Below are positions 1-12,260 of a stretch of DNA of 64,000 bases, one piece after another. The position numbers and the translations under genes were made by a program. Source of the stretch: Eledone cirrhosa. Lineage: Eukaryota. The notes under the pieces are model-generated. The model did not search any database. It worked only from the letters and a program-made list of their open reading frames with translations, and was not told where the DNA came from. How positions within the stretch are numbered: position 1 is the stretch's first letter; every line of letters starts with the position of its first letter. The stretch lies in assembly GCA_964016885.1 (NCBI GenBank), contig OZ024756.1, positions 26,164,001-26,228,000 on the forward strand. The letters are read 5' to 3'.

Positions 1-149
1 GCTGAGGTATACATCTAGTATGCACCACCTTTCTGTAATCACCCCACTCTTATATCTACCTCCCCAATTCTTCATGCATCCCCCAAGTCATCAATCCATA
101 CCATAAAGTGGTCACCCTGGAGCCATGACAATAAGCGCCCAATTAATGT

Positions 150-365
150 TGTAAAGTGGTTGTGTAGGTGTCATGACAAAAAGCACCCAGTACACACTGT
201 AAATGTGGTTGGTGTTAAGAAGGGCATCCAGGTGTAGAAACCATTAGAAACCACGCTGAAATCAGTTCTGTGTGAGCAAAACACGGTCCTCCGACCTGGA
301 TGTCTCACAACGAGACAGAACATCCTTCCATCCTAACGTGGAAAATAAACGTTAAATGATGATGA
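150..365 (+). mobile_element. Decayed SINE-like repeat with (GAT)n tail; related pieces at 1755-2210, 3620-3690 and 4475-4530
   Basis: Recurrent tggtgttaggaagggcatccag...aaacc motif and ggaa..acgttaaa(tga)n 3' end in several intronic copies. Confidence 0.5.
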
Positions 366-669
366 TACTGATGATATATATATATATAGTTGAAAAAGGA
401 GAGAAAATTCCATACAAATAAAAAATTATAGGTAAAAAGTAAAAGTGAAAGTGAAAAAGCCCAGGGGTATATCTAAATATTATTTTTTTAATCTGAAAGA
501 ATGAATATTTTTATAATTGTCACATTAAATGGATTTAAATTTTGTCAAATATTACTGGTTTCAATTGGTTTGTCAATCTTATCAAATATTAAAAAAGTTT
601 ATTATATATATATTTCAATCTGTATTACACAAAAATTTGGTTGGTTGTTCAATATATAGCATGACTAAC

Positions 670-816
670 CGCTTCAAAAATGGCATAGAAGTCTCCAATA
701 TTTCTACCAGGTACCACACCAGCTCCTCCAACCATTCCAGTTGCCACGTTGCTTAGAATGTTCCCATACAAGTTTGGTAATACTAAGACATCAAACTGCT
801 GTGGATAGGAAACCAT
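670..816 (-). CDS. IDH3G: IDH3 gamma, coding exon 9 ([49 protein letters not shown]); gene continues beyond position 1
   Basis: PQQFDVxVxPNLYGNI signature. TTTCCAG acceptor, GTTAGT donor, 147 nt (phase 0/0). No stop codon within the window. Confidence 0.97.
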
Positions 817-1536
817 CTGGAAATAGATATAGATAGATAGATTAGTGTAATCTGTTATTGGTTTATTACACACTCACAAGCCCATCAAGGGAAGGGGGAG
901 AGGGGACACTGATCCCCTTATTTTTCTATGGTACACCTTCAGACTGCTTGAAAAACAAGAACGGGGTGAATAAAAGCTGCTTTGGCCAGATAGGGGCTAC
1001 AGGACTAGCTTAGTCCCTACCTACCAATGTGGACAAACAATCCAGATAATGGAGTTTCACTGCTTTGTCTGATCTCTGCTGCCACCCAAGCTGAAAAGAT
1101 CTTGCAGATTTCAATTCAATAAAAATACAAAGAGGTGCTATGTAGAGAGGTGGAAAGCTGTTTATATGACTACAGTGCTTCAAAGATACAAGAAGGAAAT
1201 GGCATTTTGATTAGTTTAGTCTGTGTGACTGGGTTTAAGCCAATGATATTGATTCTTGAATTTTTGTCTGGTATAGTCTGTTTGCTCTTTATGTGAAGAT
1301 GCGTTTGTGAATGCAGCTTCACATTCGCATAATTCAAGTCTAATTTTCCCATAAATAAAAAAATTAAAAACAACGTGTTATTCACACAAAGTTAATATTT
1401 AATAATATCTTTTCAAGAGGTGTTAAAACGCATAAAAAGCGAACAGACTACTTATTTTAATTGATTTCTATTCAAAGGAAGAAGAGGAAGAGAAGAAGAA
1501 AGCAGAAGAATAAGAAGAGGAGGCAATGATCCTTAC

Positions 1537-1639
1537 CTGCATACAAGCATTATCAACAATCATATTATTGAACTCAATTTGAGGGTAGTCTTTGGAGACA
1601 TTTTCACAACATTCCAGAAATAATCCATCACCAAGTTTC
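1537..1639 (-). CDS. IDH3G: IDH3 gamma, coding exon 8 ([35 protein letters not shown])
   Basis: KLGDGLFL and MIVDN motifs. TTTTGTAG acceptor, GTAAGG donor, 103 nt (phase 2/0). Confidence 0.97.
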
Positions 1640-2259
1640 CTACAAAAAAAAGAAAATTTATCACCTTCAGTCTTCTTGTATCCACACTAAAAGATGGCAG
1701 TAAGTCACGCTGTGGATATTTTAAGGTGTGATAATGTTATAGCTACTTCAGTCTGTAATGTGGTTGGTGTTAGGAAGGAAATCCAACTATAGGAACCATG
1801 CCAAATATGGAATGTATGAGCAAGGAGTGGATTTACGACCGCTATAGTCTTGGATCGTGACAACACTGTTAATCCATACCAGCATAGAAAATAGACATAA
1901 AATGATGATGATAATTGTAATTGCTGGTGCCACGATAAAATGCACCCAGTACCTTTTGGAAAGTGGTAATGTTGGTATCATGAAAAAAAAGCACCCAGTC
2001 CATTCTACCAGGTGGTTGTAGTGGTGCCATGAGAAAACGAATTTAGTATACACCATGAAGTGGTTGACATTAGGAAGGGTATCCAGTGGTATAAACCATG
2101 GTAGAATGGAACATATGAGCAAGATACAATTGTCTGATCTGTCTGTCTAACCTCAGAACATGATACCCCATTTATCCCAAACAAGGATGGAAAAATAGAT
2201 GTAATATGATGATGGTGAGAAGCAAAACAAGAAAGAAACAAAAAAGAAAACATTCTTAC

Positions 2260-2393
2260 ATTATATTTGCTTTGTGGATAGCAGTGACTTTTTTACGACC
2301 ATGTTTCACAGCGTACTCAAAGGCATATTTAGCAATATTTGTAGAGCGCGCCCTCGTGATAATTTTCAAACTTTCAACAACTCCATTCACATT
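2260..2393 (-). CDS. IDH3G: IDH3 gamma, coding exon 7 ([44 protein letters not shown])
   Basis: [10 protein letters not shown] and RKKVTAxHKANIM motifs. TAG acceptor, GTAAGA donor, 134 nt (phase 0/2). Confidence 0.97.
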
Positions 2394-2863
2394 CTACAAC
2401 AAAAATGGAAAGTAAAGAATTAACTAATTAACTTGAATAAACAAAATCGACAAATATGTACAGGTGCTGTGTGGTTAATGTGTAATGTACAGGTATGGCT
2501 GTGTGGTTAATGTGTAATGTACAGGTATGGCTGTGTGGATAATGTGTAATGACAAATGTCTTGTTAGTAGAATTTGGTAGACAGCAACTGTACAGAAGAC
2601 CATCATATATGTGAGTGTGTGTTTGTTTATATCCTAATAAAATATCTACCAGATTTGTAAAAAATAAATACTGGGATGGATATGATTGGCTAAATCCCAG
2701 GGCAAATACCTGGCAAAACCCTGAAGGGTTAATACTGTGAGAAAACTAAGGGTTAATATTGGGCAAAACATTAAAGGGCAAATAACTTGTGAATACTAGG
2801 GGGTCAATATTTGATGAAATTCCAAAGGGCTAACGTCTAGTGTAACTCCTCTTAAAATCTTAC

Positions 2864-2996
2864 CTCATGTTCTAGGTTTGCATATTCCCCTTCAGTATTT
2901 TCCCGAATGATGACAACATCGATTCCTTGGTGTCTGACAGAAATTCCAGGAATGGTTTTACACTGGACAACACTGGCCCACAGATTGAGGTCATTC
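2864..2996 (-). CDS. IDH3G: IDH3 gamma, coding exon 6 ([44 protein letters not shown])
   Basis: [13 protein letters not shown] isocitrate/isopropylmalate dehydrogenase motif. TAG acceptor, GTAAGA donor, 133 nt (phase 2/0). Confidence 0.97.
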
Positions 2997-3217
2997 CTAG
3001 AAACAAAGCAAAAATTTGGTGTGATGACAAGAGTGGAATAGAGAGAGAGTGCAAGAGAAGAGGAGAGAGAGCGCAAGAGAAGGAGAGAGAGAGAGAGAAA
3101 GCAGATGTAGAAATGATGATATATATATATATATTGAACTATTAGATATTAATTTAACAATGAAAATAATAACAACAAAGTCAAGTTATCTTACCTGTTA
3201 TTATTTTCATTATTAAA

Positions 3218-3401
3218 GGTGGATTGGCAGTATCGTTAGAGGTTCGGACGCCATGCTTTGAAGCATAGAGTTACCTCCCTTTATGATCTGAGTTCAAATC
3301 CCGCCGAGGTTAACTTTGCCTTTCATCCTTACAGGGTCGATAAAATGAAGTACCAGTAATACACTGGGATAATTGCTGGCCTTGTGCCAAAAGTAGAAAC
3401 A
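3218..3401 (+). mobile_element. tRNA-derived SINE (family A), full length, in IDH3G intron 5
   Basis: A-box-like tggcagtatcgttag, B-box gagttcaaatc, central ctttgcctttcatcctta.ggggtcgataaaat, tail gtagaaacaatt. 9-bp direct repeat attattaaa at 3209-3217 and 3402-3410. Confidence 0.85.
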
Positions 3402-3567
3402 ATTATTAAATTAATATCTAATAGTATCAGACTCTGTATCTATGGAATCAACTGAGTGGGACATAGAACCTTTCTATGGATTTCACTGGATTACTCACTA
3501 TCAGATTACATTGAGTTCTATCTACGGTACGGACACTACCACGAAGAGTAGACCACATTGAAAATAT

Positions 3568-3605
<38 letters not shown>

Positions 3606-3714
3606 CATATATACTATATATGTACCCGTCTAACCCATGCTAGTGTGGAAGAACGGACGTAAAACGGTGATGATGATGATGATGATGATGATATACATAT
3701 ATTGATTAACTGAC

Positions 3715-3772
3715 CTGAGTGAGACATTGATTGATCGTTTGCTGATGTTTGAAACTGAGGTTTCAATATTTC
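3715..3772 (-). CDS. IDH3G: IDH3 gamma, coding exon 5 (GNIETSVSNISKRSINVSLR)
   Basis: GNIET is gamma-type. TTTTCCAG acceptor, GTCAGT donor, 58 nt (phase 1/2). Confidence 0.92.
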
Positions 3773-4076
3773 CTGGAAAAAACAAGACAGAGCTGAGAAA
3801 GAGATCAATTGAAATATACATTAAGTAGTAGTAGTAGTAGTAGTGGTGGTGGTGGTGGTGGTGGTGGTAGTGGTGATGATAGTAGTAATAGTTGTGGTGG
3901 TTGTAGTGGTAGGGGTGATATCAATACTAGTAGTATTAGTAGGGGAATTTTTTTTTAAAACAAAGTGAAGGATTCCACTCACTTTTGAGTGCAATAGACA
4001 TACACTCATACACAAGAATGGGAGGGAGTTATCTATTCAAAGGATACTTTACAACAAAGTGAAGGACTCCACTCAC

Positions 4077-4192
4077 CTTTGAGTGCCACTCCATTTCTTT
4101 TCACTGAGAGAAGAGCATTCTCTAAATCTGTTTCCTCTGAAGTTTTGGCATTAATTATGATCTCTTCAAAATCAATTGGTGCCCCAGCAAAC
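4077..4192 (-). CDS. IDH3G: IDH3 gamma, coding exon 4 (RFAGAPIDFEEIIINAKTSEETDLENALLSVKRNGVALKG)
   Basis: PxDFEE and RNxVALKG motifs. CAG acceptor, GTGAGT donor, 116 nt (phase 2/1). Missed by the ORF track. Confidence 0.95.
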
Positions 4193-4300
4193 CTGATTGA
4201 TAGGTTGGTTATGGTGTAGATTTAATAAATCAAGGAATATTATTAGTATACATACATACATACATACATACATACATACATACATACATACATACATACA

Positions 4301-4367
<67 letters not shown>

Positions 4368-4741
4368 ATAATAATAAATTTGAAGACTAAAATCCAAAGA
4401 GGGCTCGATAAGGATAAATATATATCAAATATATAAGAGAACTGTAGAGCAAATATTTATTTATTATAAATATCATCATCATCATCAACGTTTAACGTCC
4501 GTGTTCCATGCTTGCATGGGTTTGGACGGGGGTTTTCCCACTTGAGGCAAGAGTGATTGTCTTGCTCGCATAGGACTGATATATATATATATATGTATGT
4601 ATATATATATGATAAAGTTATATCTGTTTAAATATAGTGTGTAACTAAGACAGCAACAATGTGTATATAAATACATATATTTTGAATATGTAGATATGTA
4701 AACATGCCAGAAAATACGAATTACCCCGTAAATTAAAATAA

Positions 4742-4778
<37 letters not shown>

Positions 4779-4806
4779 CATAGATACATACACACACACA
4801 CACATA

Positions 4807-5110
4807 TGATGGCTGCAAACTCTGCTAAGAGTATTGCAATCGCTTGTCAGATTATAGAAAATAGTGCAATTTTAGGCTACGGCCAGCTATACGAACCTGT
4901 AACAGATCCTGAACAAGCAATGCCTGTGCTTTGAAGGTTTTTAAGTGGGGAAAGGCCTTGCACTCGACCAATCCCACTCTCTGAGCATCAAAAACACTAC
5001 CCGAAAAGGAGAACTGGTCAACATCATCAGATGCTTCCAAACCCGCAGGTTTTTTTTTCAGAGTTTCCCTCTCCTAGAAAGGTCTTGTGACAACTGGGGG
5101 CCTTTGACTC
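4807..5110 (-). mobile_element. Diverged copy of the bipartite RTE-derived element
   Basis: Aligns by eye to 29170-29560 (aatgcctgtg...cccactctct...gtcaacatcat...cagagttt.cct.ctcctagaa). Confidence 0.6.
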
Positions 5111-5329
5111 CCAATATATACACACATATATATATACACACACACACACATATATATATATATACATACAGACTCACGCATATATACATACACATGCATC
5201 ATACATACACACATACATATATAGACACATATTTACACACACACATATATATATATACACACATACACATATTTATAAATGTATACATATATATATATAC
5301 ATACAAAGGATGGTGTAAATATAACTGAC

Positions 5330-5418
5330 CTGAGAATAGTTTTGACATGGTTCAACAGTTCTGGTCCAATACCATCTCCACTGAACAGGGTTACTGTATA
5401 TCTACCACCATATTGAGA
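5330..5418 (-). CDS. IDH3G: IDH3 gamma, coding exon 3 ([29 protein letters not shown])
   Basis: YGGRx[11 protein letters not shown] motif typical of IDH3 gamma. TTTCCAG acceptor, GTCAGT donor, 89 nt (phase 0/2). Confidence 0.95.
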
Positions 5419-5734
5419 CTGGAAATAGTTAGATATATACATACATATGTATACACCCATATATATATATACTTACATATGCATCCATATGTAGACACAC
5501 ACTTATACATATATATATATAAACACACACACACACATATATATGCATGGTATGGACTCATAACTCCTGAGGGAGTTGTAGAGGCACCATATCGACATAC
5601 AGTGTTTCTAGGGCACTTTTTAAACCTGTTGGAGCTCATCTCCTCTTCAGGCCTGAATACAGTAGATTTCTTACAGAGAAGGATAAAGAGAGTGAGAGGA
5701 AGGAAGTGAGACAGAGATATAAAGGAAGAATCAA

Positions 5735-5882
5735 TATCAGTACTTGACTGGTATTTTTTTTTTTTATCGATCATGAAAGGATGAAAGGCAAAGTTGACTT
5801 TGGCGGGATTTGAACTCAGAGGGCCGAAATGAATAACACAAAGCATTTTCTCCGACGTTCTAACGACTCTGCCAAATTGCCG
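5735..5882 (-). mobile_element. SINE family A, diverged copy (others at 6375-6455, 8296-8500, 20526-20625, 42525-42572, 43245-43320)
   Basis: ggatgaaaggcaaagttgact..ggcgggatttgaactcag core on the reverse strand. Confidence 0.75.
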
Positions 5883-5958
5883 TCTCACATACATATATAC
5901 TTACATATATACATACATTTATACATATATACATACAGATATAAAGATATTTACATAC

Positions 5959-6036
5959 CCTTTCCTTAACATTAGAAGATGTTAGATAGGTTTGTGACAG
6001 GTGAGGCTGGAGTTGAGATGTCTTGGCAACAGTTCC
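5959..6036 (-). CDS. IDH3G: IDH3 gamma, coding exon 2 (GTVAKTSQLQPHLSQTYLTSSNVKER)
   Basis: Polypyrimidine TTTCTTCCAG acceptor, 78 nt open, GTATGT donor. Phase 0/0 joins exons 1 and 3. Confidence 0.72.
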
Positions 6037-6464
6037 CTGGAAGAAACAAAATAATTTAACTCTTTTGATACCAACCCAGCGAAAACCAGCTCTTGTTCTA
6101 TGAAACAAAACTACCTGTATAAAGGGTTACAATTGAAATAAAAAATTTCCAACATAATCTTATATAAGAACCATTCGTTATGTTACTATCTTTGAAATGA
6201 AATAATTACTGCATATGCCAGACAAGACGATCTGGCGCATAGGTCGACATTAGAAACATGGTCACAACAGGGCTACAGATAATACAAATGCTTACTCATA
6301 ATTATGTCCAGATTAAAAGTAGTTCTGGACCATCAGTTGCCAGAAAATCAGTGATGTACCAGTATCGTTCCAGGGTGGAAGATTGGCAGAATTTTTAGAG
6401 CACCTGAGGAAATGACTTGCAGTTTTTGTTCCGTGAGTTCAAATCTTGCTGTGGAATATTTGGA

Positions 6465-6817
6465 TGGTAAACTCAATCTGTCACCCAGTTTAACAATACC
6501 ACCTTGTTCTTTGGTGGTAGACTAAATCTGTCAACTAGTTTAACACCACCACCAGGCCCTTGGGTGGTAGACTAAATCTGTCAACTAGTTTAACACCACC
6601 ACCAGGCCCTTGGGTGGTAGACTAAATCTGTCAACTAGTTTAACACCACCACCAGGCCCTTGGGTAGTAGACTAAATCTGTCAACTAGTTTAACAATACC
6701 ACCTGGTCCTTGGGTGGTAGACTTAATCTGTCACCCAGTTTAACTCCACCACCTGGTCCTTGGGTGGTAGACTTAATGTGACACCCAGTTTAACACCACC
6801 ACCAGGCCCTTGGGTGC
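6465..6817. repeat. 50-bp minisatellite, ~7 copies, IDH3G intron 1
   Basis: Unit tgggtggtagactaaatctgtcaactagtttaacaccaccaccaggccct recurs at 6561, 6611, 6661 and onward. Confidence 0.95.
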
Positions 6818-6871
6818 CGACATAGATCCCACTCTATTGGTGTTAAATCTCCAGTGAAGTTTCATTCGAAG

Positions 6872-7600
6872 ATAATAATAATAATAATAAAATTATTGTG
6901 TAAAGTGCTCAGGTGCACTACAACTCGTCAAAGGTGCATGTATAGTACATAGAATAATATACAAATGTCAGGGAAGTGAATAGTGTATGAGTCATGATAT
7001 ACATGTGTGTATGTGTATGGAGCGGGAACATTAGGTGTATTGGCGAATCTCAGGAAGCATGGAGGTTTTAAAGGATGCAGAGTCTCGACAGCTAACAATG
7101 CAGGTAGTTTGTTCCATGCTTCAGCAACTCTGAGCATGGAAAAATGTTTCCGAAAGTCATGGGAACTGTGCTGTTTTCTGACTTTGTGGACATGTTAGAC
7201 ACATGGAAATCAAAAAGGTACTCAGGGTTGTTGTTGGCAAGATGCTTAACAATTTTGTGGGTGTTTATCAAGTCAGTTGCCAGGCGTTGGAGCTTCAATG
7301 TATCCATGCCCAGGGAAGCAAGGCGTTCAGAGTATGGTAGATGCCCGATGGAGGGTATTCGCTTGGTTGCACGTCTCTGAACAGTTTCCAGGTGGTCAAT
7401 GTTCTGAGCAAGATAGGGGTTCCAGACTGGTGATGCAAATTCTAAGTGTGGCCGCACCATAGTCATGTATAGCCTTAAATAGATAGCTGGAGAGTGGCTG
7501 ACAAAGGTCTTGCTGAGTGATGCTAAGACACCCTCAACCCTCTTGACAATTTTAGAGACGTGCTTCGTCCAACGCAAATCGCTGCTGACCGTTGTGGTTA
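6872..7600 (-). mobile_element. 5'-truncated CR1-clade LINE (ORF2 C-terminus, 3' UTR, (ATT)n tail)
   Basis: ORF 7092-7751 contains SDLRWTKHV..., LYMTMVRPHLEFASPVWNPY and LETVQRRATKRIP..LPYSERLASLG, typical of the CR1/L2 RT C-terminal region. Confidence 0.85.
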
Positions 7601-7918
7601 ATGTTTCTAGCAGGTCAAATGACCATATAGGTACTATCTCAATGTGTTGTTTTATAGCTGGCCTGCGACCATTAACATTCTGGCAGACTATAAAAAAGGA
7701 CCCGAGGCACTGCTCCCTACTCCCTGACGAACCAGTAAAAAGAATCACCAAAAATACCTCCCTAACAAAAACACTGAGTGATGTAGTTGGCAGAATTTAA
7801 GGAGAAACGATGGCACATTTAGTTAAATTTATTGAAATAGACTCGATTACGTAAATATAAGGAACGTCCTTCATAGATGTGATTAATAAAAAAAGAATGT
7901 TTGAAACGTGGAACTTAC

Positions 7919-7993
7919 ATTTAAGAAACAACGACGTCCCAATTGACTTAAAACAGTCAGAGAACGATTTGAGACGATTTGACAGAGCGACAT
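7919..7993 (-). CDS. IDH3G: IDH3 gamma, coding exon 1 (MSLCQIVSNRSLTVLSQLGRRCFLN, mitochondrial presequence-like)
   Basis: ATG at 7993-7991, 25 open codons rich in S/L/R with no acidic residues, then a GTAAGT donor (7918-7913). Phase 0 fits exon 2. Not homology-anchored, so less certain than the downstream exons. Confidence 0.75.
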
Positions 7994-9222
7994 TTTGTCC
8001 TTGACTCCACAGACTTGTATTTGACTGCAGAGGTCAGTCAGGGAAGAGGTCTCTATACGAACAACTTTATTTTAAAATAAAATTAACAATGTTTACGTAG
8101 AAACAACTATTGTTTGTATGAACCCGTAACTCCTGATGGACTCGTACGGGGCGCCGTACTGATATACACTATGTCTTGGGCATTTAAAATCTGGTGGACC
8201 CCCATCCCCTCTCCACTGAAGGAGAGAGAGAGGGAATAAGGGAGAAAGTGAACATTATTGATGTTGTCTGTTACTATAATAATAATAATAGTAATGATTT
8301 TTTATTTTTAAGCACCACGGCCAGAAATGTTGGGGGAAGGGAAAATCGATCATATGGATCCCCGTATAGGACAGGTACTTTTTTAAATCGACCTCAAAAT
8401 GTTGAAAGTCAAAGTTGACACCGGCGTGATTTGAACTCAGAGTGCCGACAGTCGTAATGAATACTACTTAAGAATCAAATCTGACTCAGCAAATCCGCCA
8501 CTCTCTATGTATATTATTAGTAGATATATGTACCAACTATATTATTACTCAGAACCAAATTAGAGTGGAGAATCGACAGAACAGTTAGTGCGTCGAACAA
8601 AATGCCGCTTGTTATTTTTTCCGCTTGGTTAGGTTCCACGACAAATTTACCTTTTATTCTTTTTTGAGGTGTTAAATAGAGCACCAATTAAGTTCTGAAA
8701 GTCGATATAATCAACTGTTTCCTAACAACAGATGCAGCACCTGATTTCTTTAAAAAAAAAAACAAAACAAAAAAAACGACTGCTTTGTAAACTGCTATGT
8801 GAGTAGAATTCGGTAGGCTTGTACACACATACACATATATATATATATTGTATATTATGTGTATACGTGTGCCTATATATATGTATGTATGTATGTGTGT
8901 GTGTGTCCGTGTTTATGTATGTCTGTGTTTATGTTCCGGAATCTAGCAGTTTGAGAAAGAAATCGATGATAAAATAAATACATTACTTAGTGTAGTATTA
9001 ATATTTTCTTTCGTTTTTGTATCTTATATATTTTTTTTATTTTTTTTATGCGTCATATTTTAAACAAACATTTATTTATATATACACACATACAATTTAA
9101 TGAATGACATATACCAGCACGGACAGGGTGGGGGAACACTCCAACGTGAGAACCCACCCACTTTCCGTCTCGTCGTCCCAGACGACAGAAAGGAGATAGC
9201 GTAACTATGGAGGAAAGCGAAC

Positions 9223-9748
9223 GAGACATATTGAAATAGTCATGTCAACTAGTGGGTTCACTTATGAACGTAACTCCAGAGGATATCTAGCGAGACATAT
9301 TGAAATAGTCTTGTCAACTAGTGGGTTCACTTATGAACATAACTCCGGAGGATATCTAGCGAGACATATTGAAATAGTCTTGTCAACTAGTGGGTTCACT
9401 TATGAAGATAACTCCGGAGGATATCTAGCGAGACATATTGAAATAGTCTTGTCAACTAGTGGGTTCACTTATGAACATAACTCCGGAGGATATCTAGCGA
9501 GACATATTGAAATAGTCTTGTCAACTAGTGGGTTCACTTATGAAGATAACTCCGGAGGATATCTAGCGAGACATATTGAAATAGTCTTGTCAACTAGTGG
9601 GTTCACTTATGAAGATAACTCCGGAGGATATCTAGCGAGACATATTGAAATAGTCTTGTCAACTAGTGGGTTCACTTATGAACATAACTCCGGAGGATAT
9701 CTAGCGAGACATATTGAAATAGTCTTGTCAACTAGTGGGTTCACTTAT
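9223..9748. repeat. 69-bp minisatellite, ~7.6 near-identical copies
   Basis: Unit cgagacatattgaaatagtcttgtcaactagtgggttcacttatgaa(c/g)ataactccggaggatatctag. No spacers. Confidence 0.95.
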
Positions 9749-10090
9749 GGCTGGTGACCAACTCCGTCATAATAACAATGAGTAGGGAGGTAAAGAGTTA
9801 TGTCCCTTGTATCATTAGCTTAACGTGTTGTTGTTGTTACGGTTCACATTTATGTAGGTTGTATCTCAGAAGAGGTCATTCGAGTGTTTTGTTGATAGGA
9901 ACTCTACAATGATCGCATTTCTAAGGGAATAATCTCATCAATTAAGAATATTGAAAAATTTAATAAAATTACTAATTATTTCATTAACTTAATATTTGTA
10001 ATAAAACTTATATATTGAAAGATTTTAATTTAACGCAAATAGGAATAGTTTTAAAATATGTGGTTTTGTTTCTTAGATTGATAGAAAGAA

Positions 10091-10142
<52 letters not shown>

Positions 10143-10298
10143 ATGATAAGGTGTGAGAATATGTGTGTCTCTGTGTGTGAAAGAATGTATGTGTATGTGC
10201 GAGTTAGAGAGAGAGTAAGTGAACGAGAGAGTGACAGACACACAGACACATCAAACAGATCAACGCTGTCTTACAACAAATCTGTAGTGGAATTATAA

Positions 10299-10329
<31 letters not shown>

Positions 10330-10418
10330 ACACCAACATTACCACCACCACCGCCGCCACCACTATAGTGACAATCACGACCACTATCACCACTATCACC
10401 ATCACCTCCACCACAGAT

Positions 10419-12260
10419 CTACTATACTTACGACCACTACTCCTACCCCACCACTACCACCACCACATCCCCACTACTATACTTACGACCACTACTCCTA
10501 CCCCACCACTACCACCACCACATCCCCACTACTATACTTACGACCACTACTCCTACCCCACCACTACCACCACCACATCCCCACTACTATACTTACGACC
10601 ACTACTCCTACCCCACCACTACCACCACACACACCCCCACTACTATACTTACGACCACTACTCCTACCCCACCACTACCACCACACACACCCCCACTACT
10701 ATACTTACGACCACTACTCCTACCCCACCACTACCACCACCACATCCCCACTACTATACTTACGACCACTACTCCTACCCCACCACTACCACCACCACAC
10801 CCCCACTACTATACTTACGACCACTACTCCTACCCCACCACTACCACCACCACATCCCCACTACTATACTTACGACCACTACTCCTACCCCACCACTACC
10901 ACCACACACATCCCCACTACTATACTTACGACCACTACTCCTACCCCACCACTACCACCACCACATCCCCACTACTATACTTACGACCACTACTCCTACC
11001 CCACCACTACCACCACACACACCCCCACTACTATACTTACGACCACTACTCCTACCCCACCACTACCACCACACACACCCCCACTACTATACTTACGACC
11101 ACTACTCCTACCCCACCACTACCACCACCACATCCCCACTACTATACTTACGACCACTACTCCTACCCCACCACTACCACCACCACATCCCCACTACTAT
11201 ACTTACGACCACTACTCCTACCCCACCACTACCACCACACACATCCCCACTACTATACTTACGACCACTACTCCTACCCCACCACTACCACCACCACATC
11301 CCCACTACTATACTTACGACCACTACTCCTACCCCACCACTACCACCACCACATCCCCACTACTATACTTACGACCACTACTCCTACCCCACCACTACCA
11401 CCACCACATCCCCACTACTATACTTACGACCACTACTCCTACCCCACCACTACCACCACCACATCCCCACTACTATACTTACGACCACTACTCCTACCCC
11501 ACCACTACCACCACCACATCCCCACTACTATACTTACGACCACTACTCCTACCCCACCACTACCACCACCACATCCCCACTACTATACTTACGACCACTA
11601 CTCCTACCCCACCACTACCACCACACACACCCCCACTACTATACTTACGACCACTACTCCTACCCCACCACTACCACCACCACATCCCCACTACTATACT
11701 TACGACCACTACTCCTACCCCACCACTACCACCACCACATCCCCACTACTATACTTACGACCACTACTCCTACCCCACCACTACCACCACCACATCCCCA
11801 CTACTATACTTACGACCACTACTCCTACCCCACCACTACCACCACCACATCCCCACTACTATACTTACGACCACTACTCCTACCCCACCACTACCACCAC
11901 CACATCCCCACTACTATACTTACGACCACTACTCCTACCCCACCACTACCACCACCACATCCCCACTACTATACTTACGACCACTACTCCTACCCCACCA
12001 CTACCACCACCACATCCCCACTACTATACTTACGACCACTACTCCTACCCCACCACTACCACCACCACATCCCCACTACTATACTTACGACCACTACTCC
12101 TACCCCACCTCTACCACCACCACACCCCCACTACTATACTTACGACCACTACTCCTACCCCACCACTACCACCACACACACCCCCACTACTATAGTCACG
12201 ACCACTACTCCTACCCCACCACTACCACCACACACACCCCCACTACTATAGTCACGACCA
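10419..12260. repeat. 53/55-bp C-rich minisatellite, ~34 copies
   Basis: Unit ctactatacttacgaccactactcctaccccaccactaccaccaccacatcccca, with 2-bp ca insertion variants. Confidence 0.95.

Noticed and set aside
5580-5655. Minus-strand CTGAAGA...GAAA-cactgtat/atatggtg hammerhead-like relic in IDH3G intron 2
   Set aside because: The UH cleavage site is missing and stem II is unconvincing. The isolated CTGATGA at 25447-25453(-) and 25969-25975(+) likewise lack a GAAA half.
670-7993. Assignment as IDH3 beta/alpha or 3-isopropylmalate dehydrogenase
   Set aside because: YGGRx[27 protein letters not shown] and PQQFDV match my recollection of the gamma subunit better. Reciprocal BLAST would confirm.
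9223-9748. CRISPR-like appearance of regular repeats (also 6465-6817, 45035-46020, 59016-59321)
   Set aside because: Units are contiguous with no unique spacers, there are no cas genes, and the context is eukaryotic.
10368-12251. 627-aa T/P/H/Y-rich ORF (extensin/mucin-like)
   Set aside because: It is a translation of a 53/55-bp minisatellite that cycles through all three frames and starts at GTG. It is open only because the C/A-rich strand lacks stops.
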